DNA from: Oscillospiraceae bacterium
Lineage (GTDB): Bacteria; Bacillota; Clostridia; Oscillospirales; Ruminococcaceae
NCBI GenBank assembly: GCA_017847875.1
Contig: JAGASN010000009.1
Coordinates: 41,604 to 105,603 of the forward strand
Reading direction: 5' to 3'
Length of the DNA: 64,000 bases
The translations under genes and the position numbers were made by a program. Shown here piece after piece: positions 18,652 to 27,976 of the stretch (the first letter of the stretch is position 1; each line of letters begins with the position of its first letter). The notes beneath the pieces are model-generated. The model worked only from the letters and a program-made list of their open reading frames with translations, had not been told where the DNA came from and searched no databases.

Positions 18652-19313
18652 TTTATACAACGGATATAATCGGATATCAATGGCAGATTTTTGTTAAAGC
18701 AATCGCTCTCGGAATCCTTCTTGGCGGTTGTTACGATTTTGTGCGGATTTTAAGAACGGTTATCCGTTTTGGTAAAAAACTTTTTATTGCAAGCGATTTT
18801 ATATATTGCCTCTGGGCGGCTTTTTTGATTTTTTCCTTTTTGCTCAATGAAAATTTCGGGATACCAAGGTTTTATATTTTCTTCGGCGCGGCTCTTGGAT
18901 TTTTTGCATGGTATCTGACAATGGGAAAAATCGATATGTTTTTTGCAAAAAAACTCAGGAAAGTTTTGAGAATAGTTTTGACCCCGCTTTTTAAAATATT
19001 CCAAAAAATCCTTAAATTTGTCAAAAAGCGCATGGCAAAAGCAAAAATAATTTGTGAAAAAGCCATTGATAAGCGAAAAAGCCTATTGAAAAAGAGAGCC
19101 CGTTGGGTATATAATATATTGTGTCTAAATGTATCAAAGGCTTTTTCGTTTTGCGGAGGAAAAGCCGGAAAGGAGCCCGAAGAAGTTGAAAACAGCGGAA
19201 CAGAAAAAACCAAAGAACGGTCTTTTCATCAAAATAGCAGCTATTGCCTTCGCGGTGTATCTTCTTTATTCACTGATTTCGATGCAGGCAAGCATCAGCC
19301 AAAAACAAAATGA
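18648..19313 (+). CDS. yabQ: spore cortex biosynthesis protein YabQ
   Basis: 221 aa. Membrane N-terminal half and basic C-terminal half. ATGA overlap with yabP. Confidence 0.7.
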   Translation: MIYTTDIIGYQWQIFVKAIALGILLGGCYDFVRILRTVIRFGKKLFIASDFIYCLWAAFLIFSFLLNENFGIPRFYIFFGAALGFFAWYLTMGKIDMFFAKKLRKVLRIVLTPLFKIFQKILKFVKKRMAKAKIICEKAIDKRKSLLKKRARWVYNILCLNVSKAFSFCGGKAGKEPEEVENSGTEKTKERSFHQNSSYCLRGVSSLFTDFDAGKHQPKTK

Positions 19314-19485
19314 ACTCGATACCCGTCATCAGCAATATACGGAGTCGCTTATCAGAAACCAAGAGCTCCAGAAGACGCTTGACAGTTACGGAACGGACGA
19401 ATTTTTAGAGGAACAGGCAAGGGAAAAACTTGGCTATGCCTATCCCGAAGAACATTTTTATATCGACGTTTCCGGAACGGATTGA
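19186..19485 (+). CDS. divIC: septum formation initiator (FtsB/DivIC family)
   Basis: Short basic N-terminus, TM GLFIKIAAIAFAVYLLYSLI, a coiled coil, and EEQAREKLGYAYPEE. TTG 19186 follows GGAAAGGAG. ATG 19129 is an alternative start. Confidence 0.7.
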   Translation: MKTAEQKKPKNGLFIKIAAIAFAVYLLYSLISMQASISQKQNELDTRHQQYTESLIRNQELQKTLDSYGTDEFLEEQAREKLGYAYPEEHFYIDVSGTD

Positions 19486-19519
19486 GTTAACAGTTTTTGA
19501 GGGGGACAAATTTTAAAAG

Positions 19520-19972
19520 ATGGACGTAGAAGTAGGAGCTGTTGTCGAAGGCAAAGTTTCCGGTATTACTAATTTCGGCGTTTTTGTCGATTTTGGGGAA
19601 ACCACCGGAATGGTGCATATTTCGGAAGTTGCAAAAAACTATGTAAAAGACCTTAAGGAATATGTCAAGGTCGGACAAACCGTTAAGGTTAAGATAATCT
19701 CCGTAAGCCCGGAAGGCAAAGTGGGTCTTTCCATGAAACAGGCGGAAGAACCTGAACAAAAAGAGGAAAGACGCTTTCAGCGGAGAGAAAGGGAACCTGC
19801 AAAAGTTTCCCGCGGAGCGGATTCCTTTGAATTCCGCCCGAAACAGAAAGAAAGCCTTTCTTTCGAGGATATGCTCAGCAAATTCAAACAGACCAGCGAC
19901 GAAAAGCTCAGCGGCATGAAAAAAACAGACGGAAACAGAAGAACCGCCCAGAACCGCCGCAAGCCACAGTAA
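19520..19972 (+). CDS. yabR: S1 RNA-binding domain protein (YabR-like)
   Basis: VEGKVSGITNFGVFVDFGETTGMVHISEV...GQTVKVKIISVSPEGKVGLSMKQ plus a basic tail. Confidence 0.85.
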   Translation: MDVEVGAVVEGKVSGITNFGVFVDFGETTGMVHISEVAKNYVKDLKEYVKVGQTVKVKIISVSPEGKVGLSMKQAEEPEQKEERRFQRREREPAKVSRGADSFEFRPKQKESLSFEDMLSKFKQTSDEKLSGMKKTDGNRRTAQNRRKPQ

Positions 19973-20042
19973 CAAAACCGGCGGGAGAATTTCTCCCGCC
20001 TTGCGTTTATTGAGGAAATTTTTTCAAAAAAAGAGGTAGAAT

Positions 20043-21200
20043 ATGCTTTTTTATAATGCGGGAATTTTTACTGCCTGCTCGGATTTTATAAAAAACGGAT
20101 ATGTTCTCATAAAGGACGGACGCATTATCGACGTCGGTCCAATGGCTTTTTGCCCAAAAGACGATGAAAAATATGACCTTTCGGGTCTTACGATATATCC
20201 CGGATTTATCGATGCCCATTGCCATCTCGGAATGTGGGAAGATGGGCTCAGTTTTGAAGGCGATGACGGAAACGAGGATACCGACCCGGCAACGCCCCAT
20301 CTTCGCGCTCTCGATGCGATAAATCCGGCGGATTACAGCTTTAAGGAAGCCCTTGAAGCGGGCGTAACGGCGGTTGTTACCGGTCCCGGAAGCGCAAATC
20401 CCGTTGCGGGACAGATGGTTGCCATAAAAACCTATGGCAAAAGGGTTGACGATATGGTAATAAAAGCGCCGATGGCGATGAAATTTGCCCTTGGCGAAAA
20501 CCCGAAAAACACCTATCACAGCAAGGACGAAACCCCTTCAACAAGAATGGCAACGGCGGCAATTATCCGCGAACAGCTTAAAAAAGCCCAGAGATATCAG
20601 CGCGATATCCTTGCGGCGGAGGAAGATGAGGAAACCGATGAACCGGAAATCGACGTAAAGAGCGAAGCTCTTGCGGAGGTTGTTGAGGGAAATATCCAGT
20701 CCCATTTCCACGCCCACCGTTCCGACGATATTTTTACCGCGATCCGCCTTGCGAAGGAATTTGACCTCGATCTTGTTCTCGTTCATTGCACCGAAGGATA
20801 TCTCAATGCTGAAAAGCTTGCGGAAGAAAAAGCAAGAGCAATAGTCGGTCCGCTTATATGCACAAGAACAAAGCCCGAACTTTCGAACGAAAGGGACGAA
20901 AACACCGCAATACTTAAAAAAGCCGGAGTCGAAGTTGCGATATGCACCGACCATCCGGAAGTTCCGATCCAATATCTTCCACTTTCCGCAGGAATTGCGG
21001 TAAGAGCGGGAATGGATCACGATGACGCTGTTCGCGCAATAACTTCCGTTCCGGCAAAAATCCTCGGTCTTTCCGATAAAATCGGTTCCATAGCTCCGGG
21101 AACGGACGCAGATATCGTGGTTTTCAAAGGCGATCCGCTTTCTGTTTACGAAACACCTCTTTGGGTCATCGCCGGCGGAAAAATCGTTAAAAAACCTTGA
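20043..21200 (+). CDS. amidohydrolase family protein
   Basis: 385 aa with the metal-binding GFIDAHCH motif and a C-terminal GTDADIVVF motif. Confidence 0.8.
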   Translation: MLFYNAGIFTACSDFIKNGYVLIKDGRIIDVGPMAFCPKDDEKYDLSGLTIYPGFIDAHCHLGMWEDGLSFEGDDGNEDTDPATPHLRALDAINPADYSFKEALEAGVTAVVTGPGSANPVAGQMVAIKTYGKRVDDMVIKAPMAMKFALGENPKNTYHSKDETPSTRMATAAIIREQLKKAQRYQRDILAAEEDEETDEPEIDVKSEALAEVVEGNIQSHFHAHRSDDIFTAIRLAKEFDLDLVLVHCTEGYLNAEKLAEEKARAIVGPLICTRTKPELSNERDENTAILKKAGVEVAICTDHPEVPIQYLPLSAGIAVRAGMDHDDAVRAITSVPAKILGLSDKIGSIAPGTDADIVVFKGDPLSVYETPLWVIAGGKIVKKP

Positions 21201-21212
21201 TTTATAAAAAGA

Positions 21213-21248
21213 AAAATCCCGTTTTCTTTAACGAAAACGGGATTTTTG
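21213..21248 (+). terminator. rho-independent terminator
   Basis: AAATCCCGTTTTC/GAAAACGGGATTT hairpin plus a T-run. Confidence 0.75.
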
Positions 21249-21445
21249 TTTCACACAACATTTATATTTTACCATTAAAAGGTAAAAAGGTCAACATAGT
21301 GGATTTAAATTCTCCGAAAAGCATAATAAAACGTTAACATTTCCGTAAAAATAAACAATAGAAACAAGCCTTTTCAGATGTTATAATTAAGTTACAGAAG
21401 GAAGATAATTCTTCCCGAAGTGTTAACCAAAAAGGGGGTAAATAT

Positions 21446-21970
21446 ATGAACATCAGCATCATTTCGAAAAACACTTCTGTCCGCGATTCTTTCCGTGAAC
21501 GCTGCGAGAAAAAATTTGCAAAGCTTGACCGTTTTTTCGGTGAAGATGCAAAAGCCACCATTACCGTGACCAACCAGAACGGAAGAGAAACGGTTGAGGC
21601 AACCATTACCGCCGGCGGAATGTTCTTCAGAGCAGAAAAAACCACCTCCGACAGACTTGATTCCCTTGAAGCGGTTGTGGATGTTCTTACAAAACAGATC
21701 ACCCGCAACAAAAAGAAACTTGAGCACAAATTCCGTGGGGAAAAATTCTCCGAACTGGCCGTTGATTTTTATGAAGAACCAGCTGAAGATTACGGCATTG
21801 TTAAAACAAAACAGTTCAGAGTAAATCCCATGGACGTCCAGGAAGCAATTCTTCAGATGAACCTTCTCGGACACGACTTCTTTATGTTCCGCAACGCGGA
21901 AACAGGGGAAATCAACGTGGTCTATAAACGCAATGACGGAGATTACGGCGTTCTTGAACCGATCGATTAA
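21446..21970 (+). CDS. hpf: ribosome hibernation promoting factor (long HPF)
   Basis: 174 aa. N-terminal S30AE domain and a C-terminal dimerisation domain (KTKQFRVNPMDVQEAILQMNLLGHDFFMFRN). Confidence 0.9.
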   Translation: MNISIISKNTSVRDSFRERCEKKFAKLDRFFGEDAKATITVTNQNGRETVEATITAGGMFFRAEKTTSDRLDSLEAVVDVLTKQITRNKKKLEHKFRGEKFSELAVDFYEEPAEDYGIVKTKQFRVNPMDVQEAILQMNLLGHDFFMFRNAETGEINVVYKRNDGDYGVLEPID

Positions 21971-22034
21971 GCGTAAAAAAGGCACCCGTACAGCCTTTTT
22001 TGAATAAATGTAAGCGCAGAAAAACCACAGAACA

Positions 22035-22070
22035 GAAAAAATCCCGGAGCTTTGCTCCGGGATTTTTTTA
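22035..22070. terminator. bidirectional terminator between convergent hpf and the aac(3)-like gene
   Basis: ATCCCGGAGC-TTTG-CTCCGGGAT hairpin flanked by an A-run and a T-run. Confidence 0.75.
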
Positions 22071-22856
22071 TGTTCTGTTCTTTTCAATCCAATCTTTTGC
22101 AAAATCAACAAGTTCTTTTTGCTTCATAAGCCGAAGAGTTGCATTTCCGAGTTTTGCTTTGACAACATAGTGTTCTTTTTCAAAAGATTCTCCGATTTCT
22201 GAAAAATCTTCGCCGTCAACAAAAAGGGTATCGTAAGCTTTCCAAATACGCTCTCCGTTTTCAAAAACCGCGCTGTGTTCTGTAACAAAATGTTTTCCGG
22301 GATAATCCGCTCTCGAATCCGCAAGGTGGAGCGAAGTGTTTTTGTCGTAGCCTACACCGATAAGAAGAATGTATCCGTCCAGCTCATAAAGCTTCGCGAG
22401 AGGCGAAGTTTCGCCGAAAATATCTGAAAGGTCATGGTTTTCGGTAAGATATTCCGCAAATTTTCCGTTTGCAGCAAAAGAACGGGCAGGGTGATCGCTG
22501 CGAAAAGTTCCTTTCCATTTCCTGAACATCTCGGAAACTGCACCCATGGTGTTTGTCGGAGTTATATCTTTGTCATAAGCCGGCCAGTTTTCCCGGATAA
22601 GATTCCATTCGCTTTCCGGAACTTCCCAATGAACTCCGGTTTTTGGGTCAAGGTTTTTCCAGCTTTGGGTGGGCATCATAACAGTTCCGTCGGAACCAAC
22701 GGAATCCAGGAGCGCTTCAATAATGCTTTGGGCTCCGCCGCAGACATATCCTATGCTTCTTAAGGAAGTGTGAACGATGATATTCATTCCGCTTTTTATT
22801 CCGAGTTTTTTGAATGCGGAAGCGATATCTTCTTTAAGAATGATCTTATTTTCCAT
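22068..22856 (-). CDS. aminoglycoside N(3)-acetyltransferase family protein (AAC(3)/YokD-like)
   Basis: 262 aa. GIKSGMNIIVHTSLRSIGYVCGGAQSIIEALLDSVGSDGTVMMPTQSW is typical of the AAC(3) fold. Confidence 0.8.
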   Translation of the reverse strand: MENKIILKEDIASAFKKLGIKSGMNIIVHTSLRSIGYVCGGAQSIIEALLDSVGSDGTVMMPTQSWKNLDPKTGVHWEVPESEWNLIRENWPAYDKDITPTNTMGAVSEMFRKWKGTFRSDHPARSFAANGKFAEYLTENHDLSDIFGETSPLAKLYELDGYILLIGVGYDKNTSLHLADSRADYPGKHFVTEHSAVFENGERIWKAYDTLFVDGEDFSEIGESFEKEHYVVKAKLGNATLRLMKQKELVDFAKDWIEKNRT

Positions 22857-22858
22857 AA

Positions 22859-23677
22859 TTATTTTTCAAGCCCGTATTTTTCGGAAATATGATTTTCCTT
22901 TGCTGTAAGAAGAATTTCCGCCGCTTCGCAAAAACCTTCTCCGCCTTCAAAAGAAGTGATATATGTCGGAAGATGTTTTGCAAATTCCGCATATTTCATA
23001 AAGTTTTTAACTGCGCAGGCTTTCGGGAAAAAGCCGAACATTTCCTCGTCGTTTGCGGCGTCGCCGAAATAGATAACACATTCTTCCGGGTTTTCAACGC
23101 CATAATGTTCTTTGAGATAAAGCAGGCTCATGGGAAGTTTATCATAATCGCCGAACCAGGTGTTGACGTGAATGGAACTGATGTTGCCCTTTGCGCCGAT
23201 TGCTTTTACCGCTTCAAGAACCTCTTTTGCCTCCTCAAAGGTGAGCTTGTCGTCCTCATCTTCCGCATAGTTGAATGCAAAATCGTTGAAGCGGCTGTAT
23301 TGGTCGATGCTGACTTTTATTTTCGGGTTTTTCGCAAGAGCTGCTTCGCGGATTTTTTCATGGACGGAATATCTGTCCTTCGGAACGGAAGGATGAATAA
23401 ATTCCTTTCGGGAACCGTTTTCAAGATAATAAACAACGCTTCCGCTTTCAACGATTATTGCGTCAACGGGCCAGTCGGTAATTGCAACGGAAGCCCAGCC
23501 TGCGGTTCTTCCGGTGACGGGAATAAGAATATAGCCCGCTTCACGGAGCTTCCAGAGCATTTCATAAACTTTCGGAGAAATGCGTCCGTCCGGACCGGTA
23601 AGGGTTCCGTCGATATCGGTGAGGATATATTTTATTTCCAAAGCTTCGGCTTTTGTGATTTCGTTAATGTTTTTCAA
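22859..23677 (-). CDS. HAD-IIB (Cof-type) family hydrolase
   Basis: Motif I ILTDIDGTLT, motif III/IV YFGDAANDEEMF. Confidence 0.8.
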   Translation of the reverse strand: MKNINEITKAEALEIKYILTDIDGTLTGPDGRISPKVYEMLWKLREAGYILIPVTGRTAGWASVAITDWPVDAIIVESGSVVYYLENGSRKEFIHPSVPKDRYSVHEKIREAALAKNPKIKVSIDQYSRFNDFAFNYAEDEDDKLTFEEAKEVLEAVKAIGAKGNISSIHVNTWFGDYDKLPMSLLYLKEHYGVENPEECVIYFGDAANDEEMFGFFPKACAVKNFMKYAEFAKHLPTYITSFEGGEGFCEAAEILLTAKENHISEKYGLEK

Positions 23678-23804
23678 GATGAAATATCTCCTTCTGAATT
23701 GGCATACAATTAATATTAACCTTATCTTTTAAATAAGTCAACCCAAAACTTTTTCGGAAGGTGATTTTCTGAATATAAAATACGGCGTTGTAAAAATACG
23801 TCTT

Positions 23805-24482
23805 ATGGTTTTTCCGGCTATAGTTTTCATTTTGAGCACGGCAATTTTCGTTCCGGTGCTCAAAGCGGAAAAAGCTGATGCTAATGCGGTAAAAACGGTA
23901 TATTTTACCTTTGACGACGGTCCTTCCGAAAGGACGGAAGAGATTCTTGATATCCTTTTGGAAGAAAATATAAAGGCAACTTTTTTTGTAATAGGTCCTT
24001 CGGACGAAAAAGCGGACGAAAGACTTTTCAGAATATACAGCGAAGGACATTCCGTAGGGCTTCATACAATGAGCCACAGCTACGATAAAATCTATCTTTC
24101 AGAGGAAAGCTTTCTCGAAGATATTGAGGCGGAAAGAAAATGGGTCTATTCCGTAACCGGGGAAGAATGTAAAATTTTTCGTTTTCCCGGCGGAAGCAAT
24201 AACTATGCCGCACCGAAATGGCTTATCGAAGCGGTCAAAGATGAAACGAACAGGGAAGGAATGCGCTGGTATGACTGGAATGCGGACGGAAGGGACAGCC
24301 TCGGCGAGCTTCTTTCTCCGGAGGAAATTGCCGAAAACGTTCTTTCTTCGGAATTTATCGGGAGCGAAACGGTGATAGTTCTTCTTCACGACAGCGCAAC
24401 AAGAACAACAACTCCGGCGGCTCTTAGGATACTTATTTCTGAATTCCGCAAAATGGGATACGAGTTCGGAAAACTTGTTTAA
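23805..24482 (+). CDS. polysaccharide deacetylase (NodB homology domain) with signal anchor
   Basis: YFTFDDGPSERTEEILDILLEENIKATFFVIG, GHSVGLHTMSH. Confidence 0.85.
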   Translation: MVFPAIVFILSTAIFVPVLKAEKADANAVKTVYFTFDDGPSERTEEILDILLEENIKATFFVIGPSDEKADERLFRIYSEGHSVGLHTMSHSYDKIYLSEESFLEDIEAERKWVYSVTGEECKIFRFPGGSNNYAAPKWLIEAVKDETNREGMRWYDWNADGRDSLGELLSPEEIAENVLSSEFIGSETVIVLLHDSATRTTTPAALRILISEFRKMGYEFGKLV

Positions 24483-24569
24483 ATTAAAAATTCTTTACAT
24501 TTTAACCAGTTTTTGTTATAATATTGTTGAAAATAATCTTTATTATTCACAATGAAAGGGGATGCAAAA

Positions 24570-25181
24570 ATGATTATCACCATCGGAAGACAGTTCTGCA
24601 GCGGAGGAAGCGAAATTGGAAGAAAGCTTTCGGAACGTCTTGGAATTCCTTATTACGACAAAAATCTTTATGAATATGCCGCAAAAAACCGCGGTTTCAG
24701 CACAAAATATGTAAAGGAAATTGAAGAAACTCCGACCGGAAGTTTTTTGTATTCCCTTGCAATGTTTCCATATGTTGATTTCGGAACGGATAATATGATA
24801 CCTTCCGGAATAGCTATCGCCGCTGACCAGACCAACTATATTCTTGAAAAAGCGAAGGAAGGTCCCTGCATTTTTGTGGGTCGCTGCGCGGACAGCGTTC
24901 TTAGCGAGCGCAAGGACGTTTTTAACGTTTTTATCTATGCGGACCAGGAAACAAGGCTTAAAAGAGCAATGGAACGTTATAATCTTTCCGAAAAGGAAGC
25001 GATAAAATCCATTCAGCAAACGGATAAATACCGCGCTTCCTATTACAATATGAACAGCAGCAAAAAATGGGGTATGAAGGAAAGCTATCATATAATGCTG
25101 GATTCCGGAATGCTCGGAATCGACGGAATCGTTGATATCCTTGAAAAAATTTACAGAGAAAAAACCGAGAAAACCGAATAA
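24570..25181 (+). CDS. cytidylate kinase-like family protein
   Basis: MIITIGRQFCSGGSEIGRKLSERLGIPYYDKNL. ATG 24570 after AAAGGGGA is preferred over the track start 24552. Confidence 0.8.
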   Translation: MIITIGRQFCSGGSEIGRKLSERLGIPYYDKNLYEYAAKNRGFSTKYVKEIEETPTGSFLYSLAMFPYVDFGTDNMIPSGIAIAADQTNYILEKAKEGPCIFVGRCADSVLSERKDVFNVFIYADQETRLKRAMERYNLSEKEAIKSIQQTDKYRASYYNMNSSKKWGMKESYHIMLDSGMLGIDGIVDILEKIYREKTEKTE

Positions 25182-25210
25182 AGTTTAAAAACGAGGAAGG
25201 AGAAGCCTCT

Positions 25211-25603
25211 TTGGAAGAACCTTTTTTGGAACGCAAAGGCGTGAAGCTCGCTTTTGTATGGATTTTTCTCGACATTATAATGCTGGCGCTTTTCCTTTTT
25301 GACGGGTTCAGCAGTGGATTTGCAAAAGCACATTGGATTTTGCCGTGTATTGTTGCCGCTAATATGTAGCAGATTATATTTCCTATTGCGAATCTCCCGG
25401 AACCACCCGGAATATTCGTTTTTTTTGGCGGTGTAATTCCGGCGGGTCTGATTATTGCATATTTTGTTTCCCTGAAAGAAACTGTCGTGGTAGACCCGAC
25501 GCTGACAATTATTCTTTTTGCGGCTTTGCTCCTTTGGAACGCCGCAAACATCGGCTGGGGGATTTTTGAAAAGAAAAAACAGAATAAAAAAATCGGGCTT
25601 TAA
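25211..25603 (+). pseudogene. small polytopic membrane protein ORF interrupted by an in-frame TAG (codon 53)
   Basis: GAGGAAGGAG 8 nt upstream of TTG 25211. 52 codons, TAG at 25367-25369, then 77 further in-frame codons of hydrophobic sequence to TAA 25601-25603, which sits inside a terminator hairpin. Both halves are below the ORF-track length cut-off. Confidence 0.4.
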
Positions 25604-25616
25604 AAGCCCGATTTTT

Positions 25617-26597
25617 TTATACGTTCTTTTTATATCCAAGAGAAAAATCAATGACGTTTTCCGGTTCTTCGCCGGAAAGCCATTTAAGGGTGTTCTTAAG
25701 AATGAAATCACGGATTTTTCTTTCAAGAGGACTTTTGAGCGAACAGGAATTTCCTGCCGCATGGGGAGTTATAAGAAGTCTTTCCTGCTTCCAAAGGGGA
25801 TTTTCCTTCGGAAGGGGTTCAGGGGTTGTTACGTCGAGCCCGACCCCGAAGAATTTTCCTTCGGACATAACTTTAAGCAGAGCTTCCCGGTCAATAAGGC
25901 TTCCGCGGCCGCCGTTTATAAGGACTGCGTCATCTTTCATAAGGCGAAGCCTGCGCTCATCAAAAAGTCCGATGGTTTCCGGAGTCTGGGGAAGTATTGA
26001 AATCACAAAATCCGCTTTGGGAAGCTTTTCATCAAGTTTTTCGAGAGTGAACATTTCGTCAAAAAAGTCCGGAAAAGCTCTTTCGGTGCGGCGGATTCCG
26101 ATTATTTTTCCGACCATGGGGCGAAGCCATTTTGCAAGGGTCGTTCCGATATCTCCGGCGCCGAGGATAAGAACTGTGCTTTCTTCAAGCGGTTTGTCAT
26201 AGCGGAGAATTTTCCAGTTTTCCTCGTTCTGCTGATTGCGGTATTCGGGAATCCTTCTGCAAATGGAAAGCATCATTCCGAGAAGATGTTCCGCAATTAT
26301 GTTTCCGTAAACCCCGGTCATACAGCAAAGCTTTGCACCTTCCGGAAATTTTCCGCCTTCGACGTAATAATTTATTCCGGAGGAAGAACTCTGGAGCATT
26401 TCGAGTTCTTCGCAATACTGAAAATCTCCGTTGGGAACTTCGCCGATTATAAGATTCGCGTTTTTAAGGGCGGAAAGATATTCTTCCGGCTGTTCTTTTC
26501 TGTTGATAAAAGAGATATTGCATTTGTCTTTAACTGCGCAAACAAGCTTTTCTTTTGAATTTTCATCATAGGGAAGAAGAACAAGAATATTTTTCAT
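25617..26597 (-). CDS. D-isomer-specific 2-hydroxyacid dehydrogenase family protein
   Basis: 326 aa. NAD-binding VLILGAGDIGTTLAK and catalytic-region ITPHAAG. Confidence 0.85.
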   Translation of the reverse strand: MKNILVLLPYDENSKEKLVCAVKDKCNISFINRKEQPEEYLSALKNANLIIGEVPNGDFQYCEELEMLQSSSSGINYYVEGGKFPEGAKLCCMTGVYGNIIAEHLLGMMLSICRRIPEYRNQQNEENWKILRYDKPLEESTVLILGAGDIGTTLAKWLRPMVGKIIGIRRTERAFPDFFDEMFTLEKLDEKLPKADFVISILPQTPETIGLFDERRLRLMKDDAVLINGGRGSLIDREALLKVMSEGKFFGVGLDVTTPEPLPKENPLWKQERLLITPHAAGNSCSLKSPLERKIRDFILKNTLKWLSGEEPENVIDFSLGYKKNV

Positions 26598-26665
26598 AAA
26601 AATCTCCTTCGGGGGTTAAATCTCTTTTTGCAATATATCATATTATATGTTTTTTGTAAACATAA

Positions 26666-26720
26666 GAATCCCTCCACCGTGCCATACGGCAACGGTTCCC
26701 CTCCCTTTAGGCAAGGGAGG
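26666..26720 (+). repeat. solo right-end copy of the DUF559-cassette terminus
   Basis: GAATCCCTCC, an imperfect hairpin ACCGTGCC-ATAC-GGCAACGGT, then CCTCCCTTTAGGCAAGGGAGGC identical to 4049-4070. Confidence 0.6.
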
Positions 26721-26723
26721 CAA

Positions 26724-26753
26724 ATAAAAAAACTCCCTGCCTTTTGGCAGGGA
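26724..26753 (-). terminator. rho-independent terminator of the rpsF-ssb-rpsR operon
   Basis: CTCCCTGCC-TTTT-GGCAGGGAG hairpin with a T-run on the minus strand. Confidence 0.8.
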
Positions 26754-26789
26754 GTAATTTCATTTCGATTATCGGCTTCCCGTTTTCGA

Positions 26790-27035
26790 TTAGTCGGAAA
26801 CGTAGGGAAGGAAAGCAAGATGACGTGCGCGTTTGATAGCGGTGGTCAGCTGGCGCTGATGGCGTGCGCAGGTTCCGGTAACTCTTCTGGGAATGATTTT
26901 GCCTCTTTCGGAGAGGAATCTTCTCAGACGGGGAACATCTTTGTAATCGATTTCAGCGATTTTATCAACACAGAAAGCGCAAACTCTTTTGCGGCTTCTT
27001 CTGTTGCGGTTCATGGGTCTTTCAGATCTTTCCAT
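26790..27035 (-). CDS. rpsR: 30S ribosomal protein S18
   Basis: [49 protein letters not shown]. Confidence 0.95.
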   Translation of the reverse strand: MERSERPMNRNRRSRKRVCAFCVDKIAEIDYKDVPRLRRFLSERGKIIPRRVTGTCARHQRQLTTAIKRARHLAFLPYVSD

Positions 27036-27092
27036 GATTCTTTTCCTCCTTATAGATTTTCAGTTAAACAAGAATTTTTTTGAGCCTCGTGC

Positions 27093-27542
27093 TCAGAAAG
27101 GGAGATCCTCGTCATCGATGACGGTGAAGTCATCTGCGGAACCTGCGGAATAAACAACAGGTGCCGGTTCGGCAATGGGCGGAGCGAATTCGTTTCTTTC
27201 GGTATGGAAAGAAGGAGCGCCTGTGTCTTTGCTTCTGGGAACAAACTCAACATTTTCAGCAACGATCTCTACGGATTTGCGTTTCTGTCCTGCTTTATCT
27301 TCCCACATTCTGGTCTGAATGGAACCTTCGATAACGATGGGGGAACCTTTCTGGAAATATTTGCAGACGAACTCGGCGGTGTTTCTCCATGCAACGATGT
27401 CGATCCAGTCGGTCTGACGGTCGGTTCCCTTGGAATAGGGACGGTCAACTGCGATGGTGAAGCTTGTTACGGCGATTCCGCTGCCGGTCTGACGAAGTTC
27501 AGGGTCGGCGGCAAGTCTGCCAATAAGGGTCGCTTTGTTCAT
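27093..27542 (-). CDS. ssb: single-stranded DNA-binding protein
   Basis: MNKATLIGRLAADPELRQT OB fold and an acidic DDEDLPF tail. Confidence 0.95.
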   Translation of the reverse strand: MNKATLIGRLAADPELRQTGSGIAVTSFTIAVDRPYSKGTDRQTDWIDIVAWRNTAEFVCKYFQKGSPIVIEGSIQTRMWEDKAGQKRKSVEIVAENVEFVPRSKDTGAPSFHTERNEFAPPIAEPAPVVYSAGSADDFTVIDDEDLPF

Positions 27543-27554
27543 AGGATTTCCTCC

Positions 27555-27848
27555 TTATTCTGCTTTTGCAACGATCAGGGAACGGATTACGCCGTCAGTG
27601 ATGTTGTAGTGACGATCGAGCTCTGCCGGGAAGGAAGGAGCGCTGGTGAAGTTAACAAGCACATAGTAACCTTCGGTCTCGTAATTGATAGGATAAGCAA
27701 GTCTCTTTTTGCCCCATTCTTCAACACCGTCAACAGTTGCGTTTTCGGAGATAAGAGTGGTGAATTTTTCAACGAGAGCAGGGATTGCTTCCTCATTCTT
27801 GCAGCTGAGAACCATAACGGTTTCATAGCTCTGGGAAAGTTTTGCCAT
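27555..27848 (-). CDS. rpsF: 30S ribosomal protein S6
   Basis: 97 aa with YETVMVL...EEWGKKRLAYPI motifs. First gene of rpsF-ssb-rpsR. Confidence 0.95.
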   Translation of the reverse strand: MAKLSQSYETVMVLSCKNEEAIPALVEKFTTLISENATVDGVEEWGKKRLAYPINYETEGYYVLVNFTSAPSFPAELDRHYNITDGVIRSLIVAKAE

Positions 27849-27929
27849 CTTTGATACACCTCCTTTTGGACTTTGGCCCCGCTTTGCGGAGCAAGGATGT
27901 TCGCTTTAAGTCATAAAGCAACATTATTT

Positions 27930-27958
27930 ATTATAACAGCCGAAAACCGGCTTGTCAA
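27930..27958 (-). promoter_or_regulatory. perfect-consensus sigma-A promoter of rpsF-ssb-rpsR
   Basis: On the minus strand, TTGACA (27958-27953), a 17-nt spacer and TATAAT (27935-27930). A roughly 75-nt structured leader follows. Confidence 0.7.
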
Positions 27959-27976
27959 CAAAAAAATCCGCTTATT

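Noticed and set aside
22068-22856. The AAC(3)-family acetyltransferase as an acquired aminoglycoside-resistance island.
   Set aside because: It has no flanking mobile-element genes or repeats, and shares a terminator with hpf in ordinary chromosomal context. Many Firmicutes carry intrinsic YokD-like paralogs of unknown substrate. A resistance function cannot be inferred from the sequence alone.
25367-25369. The in-frame TAG as a pyrrolysine or other recoding site.
   Set aside because: There are no pyl genes or methylamine methyltransferase context in the window, and nothing resembling a recoding signal downstream. A pseudogene or sequencing error is the more economical explanation.
27849-27929. 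An rpsF (S6:S18-binding) leader structure.
   Set aside because: A hairpin-rich ~75-nt leader follows the consensus promoter, which fits the known autoregulatory leader. I cannot verify the conserved motif without a covariance model, so only the promoter is listed as a feature.
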